From Candidatus Borrarchaeum weybense (GTDB lineage Archaea; Asgardarchaeota; Sifarchaeia; Borrarchaeales; Borrarchaeaceae), in contig JAHQJS010000004.1 in assembly GCA_019057385.1 (NCBI GenBank), positions 649,547-662,407 of the forward strand: 12,861 nt of DNA, in the 5' to 3' direction. The notes under the pieces are model-generated. The model was not told the origin of the DNA, searched no databases, and saw only the letters and a list, made by a program, of their open reading frames with translations. Positions 12,779-12,861 of this stretch are shown here, piece by piece (positions within the stretch are counted from its first letter, which is position 1; the number at the start of each line of letters is the position of its first letter). Position numbers and translations under genes: made by a program.

Positions 12779-12861
12779 TGATGACTAAACTCTTTTATGA
12801 TTATTCTGATGACTAAACTCTTTTATGATTATTCTGATGACTAAACTCTTTTATGATTATT
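12779..12861. repeat. Perfect 28-bp head-to-tail tandem repeat, at least 2.96 copies, truncated by the window end
   Basis: The unit TGATGACTAAACTCTTTTATGATTATTC occurs at 12779-12806 and 12807-12834, and the copy at 12835-12861 has 27 nt in the window. All copies are identical, with no spacers between them. Confidence 0.95.

Noticed and set aside
12779-12861. The 28-bp repeats as a CRISPR array.
   Set aside because: The copies are directly abutting with no spacers. No cas genes are present in the window.
12775-12861. The repeats as C/D-box sRNA(s): CTGATGA contains both a D-box-like CTGA and a C-box-like TGATGA.
   Set aside because: The boxes overlap each other. The box-to-box spacing (~21 nt) does not fit the ~12-nt guide spacing of archaeal C/D sRNAs. 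No terminal stem or k-turn partner arrangement is evident.

Overview
AT-rich window (about one-third G+C by eye), prokaryotic and most likely archaeal. The archaeal call rests on a single-domain KaiC-like gene, a V4R gene, a longin/roadblock-like gene, an archaeal-type NTase-OB family, oligo-T tracts after genes and TATA-like boxes. I cannot assign a taxon; the gene mix is compatible with Asgard or other uncultured archaea. All calls come from reading the ORF translations, and no database search was possible. I support 12 solid protein genes, one extra small ORF, one IS remnant and one tandem repeat. I found no rRNA, tRNA or CRISPR.

Gene order:
- 26-655 (+): longin/roadblock-like protein.
- 805-1317 (+): V4R protein.
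- 1503-6863 (+): tight four-gene cluster of a fused MoxR AAA+/vWA protein, two diverged Pol-beta-type nucleotidyltransferase + OB-like paralogs, and an AlkZ/YcaQ-like winged-helix protein.
- 7014-7250 (+): small zinc-ribbon protein.
- 10051-7598 (-): two-gene operon of a 562-aa coiled-coil protein and a KaiC/RecA-like protein with a destroyed P-loop.
- 10152-10583 (+): NikR, divergent from that operon.
- 10690-11370 (-) and 11860-12672 (-): DedA-family protein and UppP, separated by a G+C-rich truncated tnpB (IS200/IS605-type) fragment.
- From 12779: a perfect 28-bp tandem repeat that runs off the window edge.

The best candidate for an undescribed system is the MoxR-vWA / NTase x2 / wH cluster (1503-6863). 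The second is the coiled-coil + pseudo-KaiC operon (7598-10051). Both functions are hypotheses only.
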